Source: a virus
Strand: one strand, 5' to 3'
DNA length: 64,000 bases
Virus record (IMG/VR): IMGVR_UViG_3300045988_122545
Location: 31,662 to 95,661 of that record
The translations under genes and the position numbers were made by a program. Under the pieces are notes generated by a model. That model ran no database searches, was not told the DNA's origin, and saw nothing but the letters and a program-made list of their open reading frames with translations. Shown piece by piece: positions 22,701-30,368 of the stretch (its first letter is position 1; each line of letters starts with the position of its first letter).

Positions 22701-23948
22701 AGTAATACACAATTCCCAATGAGGTAAAGTATTAGATTTGCAACCGTTATTAAATTCTACTCCAAATCTACCTTCTATTTCTTTAGATTTGTGACATCTT
22801 ATACCGAGACTTCTTAATACAAATTGTAAATCATCAATTAATTGTTCTGAAGTTGATACGAACGTAGAAGCGCCATTTGTAATGCTACCGTCAGTATCCA
22901 TTAAACCTCGTACCAATTCAAATCGATTTTCAACAGAAGTGTATTTGTAATTTTCAGGAATAAATTTTTTATTTGCTTTTACTTTTATTCCTAATTTTTT
23001 TAATTCTCTATTTAAATTATTATGTTTTTTATCTTTTGATATTATTACGTAAGCATATTTATCGGATTCTATTTTTTTAATAATATAATCTGGTAATCTA
23101 CGTGATAACTCTTCTACGATAAATTGATCGGCTGTAGAAAATCTAACTTGTGATCCACATATGTATCCATCTCCTAGTAATACACCTAATACATAAGGAT
23201 CAATGTGTATTGGTTTTTCATCAAATCGTAAAGGATTTATAGCAGGTACTTTATAAGGATAATGCTCTTTTCCTTTTGAACCTTGTGTTAATTTGCGTTT
23301 AGCATATTCTTTAGTAGGCATTATATAAAATTTCTTACCGTTTCTGCACGTAGCCCATAAATGATTAGCTCCGCATCTAACAACACGACCATCTTGAAAT
23401 TCAACTTCGTATACTTCTTGAATACCTTGTTCTACAATATCTCCAATTTTAACAGGACTACCGTTAGGATTCATTACCATATCACCAACTTTTAAAGATC
23501 CCATTTGAACAAAACCGTTCGGCGTTAATACTTCTTCAGAATAAGGTTGTTCATATCCTTTACGTCTACTTTTAAGTACGCATAAATGCTTACCTGATTC
23601 CTCAGCATCCTAGATGGTTTGAAAATAAAAATAGTCGTAATCCCAGAAATCAGGGAATGCGACTTCCTAGACAGTCACGATTTTATCTTTACCATGTCTG
23701 TCTTTTATCTTCTTATTTACAGATCTATTAATAGGACAAAAGTTTAAATAGAAATAATTATAACCACTAATCCAATCTCCATCTTCTGCTGTATATCCTT
23801 CCAAACATCTACGTTTCTATTCATCCCAGTAAGAGAAATATTCTGAAGTATTAGATGCATAATTACAGTATTTACCTGTCTATTCAAACGTAATAGCTGG
23901 TTCTCTGAATTTATTACTATTTGCTATTTTTTTATTAAAGTCTACCAT
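19728..23948 (-). CDS. terL: Terminase large subunit interrupted by two inteins (1406 codons; about 690 extein codons; 19 in-frame TAG)
   Basis: ATG 23946-23948 to TAA 19728-19730. One frame links ORFs 21945..23504, 20886..21326, 20601..20822 and 19893..20225 with only TAG between them. Extein motifs: VLKSRRKG (P-loop region), LILFEEAGSF (Walker-B-like), and MIAFG/TGGDEE restored on removing intein 2. Confidence 0.8.
20970..22088 (-). mobile_element. terL intein 2 (373 codons), class-1 with LAGLIDADG endonuclease; contains 7 in-frame TAG
   Basis: Starts at Cys (CVCKGSRVWTSDG) right after MIAFG and ends ...GIVTHN followed by T(GGDEE). LAGLIDADG motifs FIGWLIGDGSY and LIGGLYDTDGYI. TAG at 21945, 21750, 21639, 21528, 21363, 21357 and 21339. 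Confidence 0.75.
22515..23552 (-). mobile_element. terL intein 1 (about 346 codons) with LAGLIDADG endonuclease; class-3-like; no TAG
   Basis: Ends ...DFIPTHN followed by S(YKGGSM). N-terminal block EQPYSEEVLTPNG aligns with the canonical C.SYETEILT..G block but lacks Cys1, so the boundary is uncertain by a few codons. LAGLIDADG motifs VLGVLLGDGYI and LVRGLMDTDGSI. Confidence 0.65.
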
Positions 23949-23963
23949 TACTGCGCGCTTATT

Positions 23964-23998
23964 AAAAAACTCCCTACCGATAAAGGAAGGGAGTTTTT
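23964..23998 (-). terminator. Bidirectional rho-independent terminator between the tRNA genes and terL
   Basis: 8-bp stem AACTCCCT/AGGGAGTT (23968..23995), flanked by an A-run (a U6 tail on the minus-strand RNA) and by T5 on the plus strand. Confidence 0.65.
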
Positions 23999-24077
23999 GT
24001 GAGTATTTATTTTCTTATCTAAAAATTTACACTATGAAAGTTTTGATAACTTTTTAAATTTTTCATTTAACTTGTAG

Positions 24078-24145
24078 TTCCACAGGTTGGGCTTGAACCA
24101 ACATCACCGTTCCCTATGGACGTGACTTACTTAGTCGACTGTGGA
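24078..24145 (-). ncRNA. tRNA-like gene (68 nt) with an aberrant anticodon arm
   Basis: Perfect 7-bp acceptor stem (TCCACAG/CTGTGGA) and T arm GTTGG-TTCAAGC-CCAAC. Short D arm GACT-AAGTA-AGTC. The anticodon region CGTCC-ATAG-GGAACG cannot form a 5-bp stem with a 7-nt loop. Confidence 0.4.
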
Positions 24146-24215
24146 TAATAGAATATGTTGATTAATTTTTATTTTTTATGACAAAAACTTTTTTCAAAAA
24201 ATTTTATATTTTTTG

Positions 24216-24303
24216 TCGCGGTGGTAGGAGTCAAACCCACCCGGTCGGCTTCAGAAGCCACACTGTTTTAGAGACAGTCCATGCAATCGTACATCACACC
24301 GCG
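24216..24303 (-). tRNA. Amber suppressor tRNA, anticodon CUA, 88 nt with long (about 21 nt) variable arm
   Basis: Acceptor CGCGGTG/CACCGCG. Anticodon arm ACTGT-CTCTAAA-ACAGT (U33, CTA at 34-36 = plus-strand 24269..24271, A37). Variable arm GGCTT-CTG-AAGCC. T arm GTGGG-TTTGACT-CCTAC. Discriminator A. No encoded CCA. Confidence 0.8.
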
Positions 24304-24429
24304 TAACCGGAGTTCTTTAAAGTCTACTCCGAAAAGACTATTTTAACCCATAACCAAAAAATACCTAGTTTATGAAAACTATTTCATTTATAACGTTAAA
24401 AAAGTGTATCGACAATCGTCGAAAATTAA

Positions 24430-24576
24430 TTAAAGACCTAACATGCGTTTAAACCAGTTCTTCTTAGGTAAACCAAGTTGTTTACGCGCATTCAAATCTG
24501 CTTCAATAGCAGCATTAATTTCCCAAACTGTAACGCAATTTGTCAAATCCAAAATATAAGTATCATTCTTTTTCAT
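24430..24576 (-). CDS. Hypothetical small protein (48 aa)
   Basis: ATG 24574-24576 to TAA 24430-24432 (MKKNDTYILDLTNC...). Below the track cutoff. Last gene of the middle block. Confidence 0.4.
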   Translation of the reverse strand: MKKNDTYILDLTNCVTVWEINAAIEADLNARKQLGLPKKNWFKRMLGL

Positions 24577-24638
24577 AGTTTCTTTATTATTTTTTATTTT
24601 AAAAACGTTTTGTTAAAAGTATGTTTCAGTATGTTGTA

Positions 24639-25166
24639 TTATCTATCCAACTCGTATGCATTTATCTGAGCATTACCTCTAACTTTAGTATTCTCTAACT
24701 CTTCAGCTTTAACAGCTTTCTCAAGAAAATCTACTGTTTGAAATACAGCTTTAACCTTTTCCATACCAGCTAGCAATACTTGAATCTTCTTTTCATCCAA
24801 CTCTTCACTAAGAGATTCTTCATAATATGTACTGATTGTATCAATCTTATTACGCATTGCTTCCAGCATCTTCAAATTACGAGTATTAGATAATTCTTTA
24901 TATTCGTCTCTACAAGCTTGTTCTTCTGGAGTAAGAGTATAATTAGAATCACCAAATATCTTAATCTTTAAAGTGTTCTCTCTTATTTCTTTAACCATAC
25001 TTTTAACATATGGACTATTCCAGTAATCACAAAGTATAATAAAAGAAAGTACGTTATTCGCATGATTTTTATCTTTAGTAGATTCCCAATATTTTTTAAA
25101 AGGAGGTAAAGCAAGCATATCTGCATGTATAGTTACTTTACCACCAAGTATATCAAACAGCTTCAT
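24639..25166 (-). CDS. Hypothetical protein (175 aa)
   Basis: Intact ATG..TAA ORF. Start abuts the stop of the upstream gene. Confidence 0.6.
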   Translation of the reverse strand: MKLFDILGGKVTIHADMLALPPFKKYWESTKDKNHANNVLSFIILCDYWNSPYVKSMVKEIRENTLKIKIFGDSNYTLTPEEQACRDEYKELSNTRNLKMLEAMRNKIDTISTYYEESLSEELDEKKIQVLLAGMEKVKAVFQTVDFLEKAVKAEELENTKVRGNAQINAYELDR

Positions 25167-25513
25167 TATTTACAAGCTTTTATACATGAATCTGAACAGC
25201 AGTTACAATCACAACATTTTTCATGCTTTTCTTTTTCCTTATCAATGTTTTCTTTTAGAGCTTTATAGTAATTCTTCAATTGTTCATCTTTAATTACCAG
25301 TATTTCTCTATTGCTAATATCACCATTATTACCATACATTCTGATGATGATATCTCCAGCATTAACATGAATGTCATTCAACGTACCTTCTTCATCAGCT
25401 ATCCACATATAGTCAATGTTAGTACCAAAGTTATCTAACATTTTAATTTCATCATTTTCTTTATCAAACTTAATAAGATTGTATCCAGTTTTTGCATCAA
25501 TATATGTTATCAT
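25166..25513 (-). CDS. Hypothetical protein with Cys-rich C-terminus (115 aa)
   Basis: Intact ORF. C-terminal CCDCNCCSDSCIKACK. Confidence 0.55.
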   Translation of the reverse strand: MITYIDAKTGYNLIKFDKENDEIKMLDNFGTNIDYMWIADEEGTLNDIHVNAGDIIIRMYGNNGDISNREILVIKDEQLKNYYKALKENIDKEKEKHEKCCDCNCCSDSCIKACK

Positions 25514-25520
25514 AGTTTCT

Positions 25521-25691
25521 TTATTTTAATGTTTCACAATACTTTTCATTATAATATTTCAATCTTTCTTCAGCTTCTTCCCAACTAACTTCTTGATCTC
25601 TGTAATTAGGATACTGTCTATAATTGTATAAAATCCCTTGATAATATTTTATCAATTCGATTAGTTCTTGCTTATAATCTTCATTTGTCAT
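25521..25691 (-). CDS. Hypothetical small protein (56 aa)
   Basis: ATG 25689-25691 overlaps the end of the upstream gene. Ends on TAA 25521-25523. Fills an otherwise empty gap. Confidence 0.4.
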   Translation of the reverse strand: MTNEDYKQELIELIKYYQGILYNYRQYPNYRDQEVSWEEAEERLKYYNEKYCETLK

Positions 25692-26007
25692 TGTCTATAT
25701 CTTTTTCTTCTATAGTAACACCTTTACCGTTATGGTAACCCCAACTTAAAAACATCGCATTACACAATACGTGATCGATATGTGGAAGACCAGATTCTGG
25801 ATCATTCATTTCACCTTTACTTATTGCTGTTAAATGTCTCAATAATGCCCCTTTATAACGATTCCAGAAATTAGGTAACTCTTGCCAACTGTTATCAGAA
25901 TATTTTTTTGCTCCAAAAGTAAGAATTTTAGCAACTGATTCAATGGTTGACATCGGTACCAATTCCATTCTAACTTTATCATTATCGTATTTCTTTGCTT
26001 CGTTCAT
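25681..26007 (-). CDS. dATP/dGTP diphosphohydrolase-like protein (DUF5664-type N-terminal domain)
   Basis: KYDNDKVRMELVP....A.ILTFGAKKY..NSW......RY.GALLRHL.A...GE..DPESGLPHIDHV..N..FL matches my memory of that family's signature. Confidence 0.55.
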   Translation of the reverse strand: MNEAKKYDNDKVRMELVPMSTIESVAKILTFGAKKYSDNSWQELPNFWNRYKGALLRHLTAISKGEMNDPESGLPHIDHVLCNAMFLSWGYHNGKGVTIEEKDIDNDK

Positions 26008-26266
26008 CTTTAATCTTTTTAAAATGTTCTAATACTGTAGAATACATGTCCTGTATTTGCTGTTTACGTTCATCGATATCATCTGTTTCAGACATATTAT
26101 ACATCTGCTCCATAATTATATCGATGAAGTCTTGATATAATATCGTATCAGAGTTAATTAGTTCATCTACTAATTTAAACAATTCTTCAGCTACTTCTGT
26201 TTTAGCTACTTTATCAAAACCGTCTTTCTCTAATTTCCATAGTGTTTTAGATTCTTCGTATGTCAT
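25982..26266 (-). CDS. Hypothetical acidic protein (94 aa)
   Basis: ATG 26264-26266 (MTYEESK...) lies within ORF 25982..26287, directly after the TGA of the upstream small ORF. Confidence 0.5.
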   Translation of the reverse strand: MTYEESKTLWKLEKDGFDKVAKTEVAEELFKLVDELINSDTILYQDFIDIIMEQMYNMSETDDIDERKQQIQDMYSTVLEHFKKIKDERSKEIR

Positions 26267-26267
26267 A

Positions 26268-26399
26268 TCAAAATAATCTTTTATCAAAGTAAGCTACCGT
26301 GAACATTATATTCTGTTGTAATTGAAAATCGATTGGTATCGTCTTTAACCATTGAAACTGATATAAAGGCGCTAAACATTCTTCTATAAACTGTTGCAT
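26268..26399 (-). CDS. Hypothetical small protein (43 aa)
   Basis: ATG 26397-26399, 1 nt after the thyX TAA, to TGA 26268-26270 (MQQFIEECLAPLYQFQW...). Confidence 0.35.
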   Translation of the reverse strand: MQQFIEECLAPLYQFQWLKTIPIDFQLQQNIMFTVAYFDKRLF

Positions 26400-26400
26400 A

Positions 26401-28302
26401 TTATTTTATTTTATCTTTAATTTTATCATATAATTTATCAGCTAAGTAAGCAGCATCAGGATGTACTCCAGTGGCACCATATTTAGGACTACGTAACTTA
26501 AAGAATCCTTTCCAATCTGATTCAAATCCTGTCATTACTAATTCCGTTTTTAAAGCATTTGGTAATACTTGTCTAGCTTGTTGAGGCTTCCAACTTTCAC
26601 TAAGTAATGTAAAATACATAGATTCAGCAAATTCTAAAGATTGTTTGAAATAGTAGAAACACTCATTATCATCGGCTACTATTTCTCCAAACTTATTTAC
26701 TTCTGCCCAACTTGGTATAATAAATGTAATTTCATTATTAAACTTACTCTTACTATAATTACAGTATCTAGTAGATTCCATAGCAAAACTAAATACACGA
26801 TGTCTTACAAATTCATGTGATACACCTCTATCGCAAGTCCATTTAACGGTAATACGTTTTTCATGATATTCAGTTGGTTCACAGATATATTGTAAATCAT
26901 CTAACCAATTGTTTTCAACAAGTACACGTAGATTGGTTGTTACATAGTTATGAAACATTCCGTTTTCTTCAATCACTGCTAGTCTCGAATACTTATTCAT
27001 AGCATAGTCTTCTACAGCACAAAAATCTCTAGCGGAATTTGGTAAATCCAAGTAAACAGTACCATGTTCAAGCATAGCTCCATGACCAGATTTAATCATT
27101 CTATCAACAAATGCCTTAGCACTATCTTCAGTAATCTTATCTTCGGATTTATAACAATTACCAATCCAGCATGTCTTGCCGTTAAACCGTATACATATTA
27201 TACCATTATTTGTTTGTGTGCAATAAACGGTTGTAACAAGATGTGTTGTGCGAATATGTTTTCTAGAATCTATTATCCAAGAATCTCGCATATGTTCTTG
27301 TATATAACATTTTTGTGATATTTCTGGATCATAACTTATTGTCGCATTTCTTCCTTTTAAGATGAATAGTTCCTGTATTTCGTTTAGTAAACGTATACTT
27401 ACAGATAAATATCTATTAATTCTAGTTTTATTATGAGATCCATCACCTAAATATAGTATACGCAGAAAATGATCGATTTGTCTAACAGATAAATTTCGAA
27501 ACCATTCTGGTAAATGTTTGTTCTGTGAATATCTTCCACACATTTCTTCGAACCATTCTACATAACATTGATTTCCAAACTTTATCCATTTTATATTTGG
27601 TTTCCGTCTATCGAAATCAATATAATAATGTATATGTTCGTTTTTCAATGCGTTTATTACTAATTCGTATAACTCATTATTTTCATCTTGAGTTATACAT
27701 ATATAACTACCGGAATTATATTTTTCTCCATGAAATGTATGTCCTTCAGTTATATAAGCCGCAAGTATAGTTAATATATCGTCGTTTACATTAAAACTTT
27801 CTGTGGTATTATATTCTCTATTTCCACCATTCATTTTCTTAGTATACACGATATGTTCTTCAAAATCATTAATTTTGTATACTGCTCCATTAAAATATTT
27901 AGGTATTCTAAATCTATTTCTTTTTCCTGGATTATGTCCATATACTAATTGTTTAGCGTTTAGAAAAGTATATTGTCTTGCATTAACTGGAGATTGATAA
28001 ATACGATGATCTTCTGTTACAAGAAAATTTATATTTGCGTGAGTACATTCTACTCCGTCATTATCATAAGGTTTACTAAATATATTTGGTGCTTCATATT
28101 CCAATATATTTTTATCAGGATTATAAGTTAATACTCTATCTTTATTATTATCTATTTCATCAATATATATAAAACCTCTATCAGTTAATACTTCAGTATC
28201 TTCTGTAAAGCATGTTCGACCAGCTAATTCTATTTGTTTATACATACCTTCTAATCCAGGTTGCTGTTCAATTATTTCTACGTTTGGTTTTATCAATTTC
28301 AT
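26401..28302 (-). CDS. thyX: FAD-dependent thymidylate synthase ThyX (or a ThyX-family pyrimidine-modifying enzyme) interrupted by an intein
   Basis: Exteins give ...IELAGRT/CYKSEDK...GHGAMLEH...HEFVRHRVFSFAMESTRY (the ThyX RHR..S....S.RY motif). Confidence 0.8.
   Translation of the reverse strand: MKLIKPNVEIIEQQPGLEGMYKQIELAGRTCFTEDTEVLTDRGFIYIDEIDNNKDRVLTYNPDKNILEYEAPNIFSKPYDNDGVECTHANINFLVTEDHRIYQSPVNARQYTFLNAKQLVYGHNPGKRNRFRIPKYFNGAVYKINDFEEHIVYTKKMNGGNREYNTTESFNVNDDILTILAAYITEGHTFHGEKYNSGSYICITQDENNELYELVINALKNEHIHYYIDFDRRKPNIKWIKFGNQCYVEWFEEMCGRYSQNKHLPEWFRNLSVRQIDHFLRILYLGDGSHNKTRINRYLSVSIRLLNEIQELFILKGRNATISYDPEISQKCYIQEHMRDSWIIDSRKHIRTTHLVTTVYCTQTNNGIICIRFNGKTCWIGNCYKSEDKITEDSAKAFVDRMIKSGHGAMLEHGTVYLDLPNSARDFCAVEDYAMNKYSRLAVIEENGMFHNYVTTNLRVLVENNWLDDLQYICEPTEYHEKRITVKWTCDRGVSHEFVRHRVFSFAMESTRYCNYSKSKFNNEITFIIPSWAEVNKFGEIVADDNECFYYFKQSLEFAESMYFTLLSESWKPQQARQVLPNALKTELVMTGFESDWKGFFKLRSPKYGATGVHPDAAYLADKLYDKIKDKIK
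27157..28212 (-). mobile_element. thyX intein (352 codons) with LAGLIDADG-type endonuclease
   Basis: Starts CFTEDTEVLTDRGF after AGRT and ends ...TCWIGN followed by C(YKS). Motifs LAAYITEGH and ILYLGDGSH. Penultimate residue is Gly, not His. No TAG. Confidence 0.75.
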
Positions 28303-28303
28303 C

Positions 28304-28585
28304 TTAATTATTTTTAATTTTGTTAGTTTTATCTTTTTCTAATTTTAAGTGTTCTATAAAATCTGAAATTACATTTTCCAAACGTTGTAATTTATCTATA
28401 AAATCTTCTATTGTATCGTAATTTGCGATATGCAATTTTACTGTCTTACTACAATCACTTATTTTTAAAAACGTACTTCGATAAGTATCACCTACAATAT
28501 AATCTTTAACCATTCCATCAAATGCTACAACATTACTAGTAGATGGATTATTTTCTTTATTTAACCATATTTGTTTTTTATACAT
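28304..28585 (-). CDS. Hypothetical protein (93 aa)
   Basis: Intact ATG..TAA ORF packed against thyX. Confidence 0.55.
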   Translation of the reverse strand: MYKKQIWLNKENNPSTSNVVAFDGMVKDYIVGDTYRSTFLKISDCSKTVKLHIANYDTIEDFIDKLQRLENVISDFIEHLKLEKDKTNKIKNN

Positions 28586-28596
28586 AATAATATAAT

Positions 28597-28977
28597 TTAA
28601 TTATTGTTTTCAACACCATCAGGTTGAGGCATTTCTTGAATTCTTATTGCTTTTATTGTACTTTTACCATAAACTAAAGCTTTTACTATTCTATGCCAAC
28701 CATCTGCAATATAACCGTGATCATCTAGTATAACAGGATAATCCAAATTAGCTGATTGTACTCTTTTAAAATGATTAGCTATCTGTTTTACGTTACTCAA
28801 GCTAGTCCATGGAGAATAACTTAAATCTATACCAGCTAAAGGTAAATCGAATGTAGGATATTCTTTTTCTTTACACCATTGAATCAGATTAGATGCTGAC
28901 CATATATTATTATCAGAGCGATATGTATTTTCAGCAAGACCCTGTGTCTGTAGTTCTACTATCGGTGGATTGTTCAT
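28597..28977 (-). CDS. ParB-like nuclease-domain protein
   Basis: PVILDDHGYIADGWHRIVKA matches the ParB/Srx DGhHR core. Adjacent to a methyltransferase. Confidence 0.6.
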   Translation of the reverse strand: MNNPPIVELQTQGLAENTYRSDNNIWSASNLIQWCKEKEYPTFDLPLAGIDLSYSPWTSLSNVKQIANHFKRVQSANLDYPVILDDHGYIADGWHRIVKALVYGKSTIKAIRIQEMPQPDGVENNN

Positions 28978-29416
28978 TTTCTTCTTTATTGTTTTTAAAG
29001 ATTACTATCATACTTGGAAAAGGAGCTGGATAAAAAGCTTCACCATTTAAAGAAAATTTTAGTCTTCCTTTTATAAATCTTATTTCAGCTTTACCGTATA
29101 TAAATTTATGAAAATATCTTGTATCGGTTCTAGCCGGAATTAACATTACTACAGTAGCTCCGTTTTTTGCTTCATTACTGCATTTTTCAACCCATTGACT
29201 TATTTCCTTACCATAAGGAGGATTACAAAATACTATTTCATTTTCCCACGACTTACTTAAACCGTCATCTTCTTTAGTATAGAATTTTTCACATTTTGCA
29301 GTCTCTTTGGTACAGCATGGATCTAAAGTAAAATGAAATTCTGCATTTAATTTATCAAATAGTTTTTGTGGAGTTTCCCACTCCATCTTTTGCGATGATA
29401 GAAGAGCTTTGTTCAT
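28931..29416 (-). CDS. dam: Phage-type DNA N6-adenine methyltransferase (Dam family)
   Basis: FTLDPC...(catalytic) FCNPPYG...VVMLIPARTDT. Confidence 0.75.
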   Translation of the reverse strand: MNKALLSSQKMEWETPQKLFDKLNAEFHFTLDPCCTKETAKCEKFYTKEDDGLSKSWENEIVFCNPPYGKEISQWVEKCSNEAKNGATVVMLIPARTDTRYFHKFIYGKAEIRFIKGRLKFSLNGEAFYPAPFPSMIVIFKNNKEENEQSTDSRTTDTGSC

Positions 29417-29603
29417 ACTTTTTCTTTAATTTAAACTTAAATAAGTAAGCAAACATGATAGATTTCATATTATCATCGTCTGCTATTTTTTCTTTTGCAA
29501 ATTTAAATGGACTATTACAAATAACCTCTATTACTGGTATTGGTAAATTATATTTCTTAGCAAGAACTGAATATATGTTATTTTGCTTTTGTAACATCGT
29601 CAC
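29355..29603 (-). CDS. Hypothetical protein (82 aa)
   Basis: Intact ORF, overlapping its neighbours as in the rest of the operon. Confidence 0.45.
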   Translation of the reverse strand: MTMLQKQNNIYSVLAKKYNLPIPVIEVICNSPFKFAKEKIADDDNMKSIMFAYLFKFKLKKKYEQSSSIIAKDGVGNSTKTI

Positions 29604-30006
29604 TTATATTTATATCTTGAAAAGGTTCTTGTTCTAAATATACTTTCTTATAATTAGTATTATTTCTAAGATTATCTAGATTTGTAGCATCTACTGAATC
29701 AGGTCTAACAATATTAATTGCTATTAGATAATCTTCTATACTTTCACAAGACTTTATCAAGCTTCTTAATAATACTATTTCTTTTCTAGTATAAGGTTTG
29801 ATAGGTATGAATAAATGATAATCATATTTGAACTTATTCATTTTAGTTATTCCTATGCAACTCTCCTTAGTAAGGATAAATAAGGAATTATAAGGTTTCC
29901 TCCCTTTCTTAAATAACCATAAGAATCTTTTCCACAAACTGTATTTCTTTACTACAATCAAAGATCCTGCTGGGTATTTTTTATATGATTTTAAATATCT
30001 TCCCAT
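29578..30006 (-). CDS. Hypothetical protein (142 aa)
   Basis: Intact ATG..TAA ORF. Confidence 0.55.
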   Translation of the reverse strand: MGRYLKSYKKYPAGSLIVVKKYSLWKRFLWLFKKGRKPYNSLFILTKESCIGITKMNKFKYDYHLFIPIKPYTRKEIVLLRSLIKSCESIEDYLIAINIVRPDSVDATNLDNLRNNTNYKKVYLEQEPFQDINISDDVTKAK

Positions 30007-30368
30007 TATATCTTGAATATTAAAGTAAGTTGTACTCTATCTTTTATTATCTCTGGTATCAAAGCTTTATTTACAAAAAGCTCATCATCTGCTTTTCCTT
30101 TTACTAAGATACCTTTTTCTTTAAATTTTGTTATATATCGGCTTAAATTATCAGGTGTTATACCTAATTCTTGCTTGATAATCTTTCTATTCTTAGTAGA
30201 ACATACATTCTTACTTTCTCCGGAAGTTGGATCATATTTCATATCCAACTCCACTAGTTTAGAAAGTAATTCTAGTTCTCTATCTGTTATATCAAGTATG
30301 CCGTTTAGAGATTTTAAAAATTCATAGATTAAAGTATCTTTAGTAACAGTCTTTACTAATTTATTCAT
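30006..30368 (-). CDS. Winged-helix/HTH DNA-binding protein (MarR-like)
   Basis: NRKIIKQELGITPDNLSRYITKFKEKGILV is an HTH-like segment. Confidence 0.5.
   Translation of the reverse strand: MNKLVKTVTKDTLIYEFLKSLNGILDITDRELELLSKLVELDMKYDPTSGESKNVCSTKNRKIIKQELGITPDNLSRYITKFKEKGILVKGKADDELFVNKALIPEIIKDRVQLTLIFKI

Noticed and set aside
27064-27997. Plus-strand ORFs 27064..27318, 27525..27770 and 27803..27997
   Set aside because: They are antisense to the thyX intein and have low-complexity translations.
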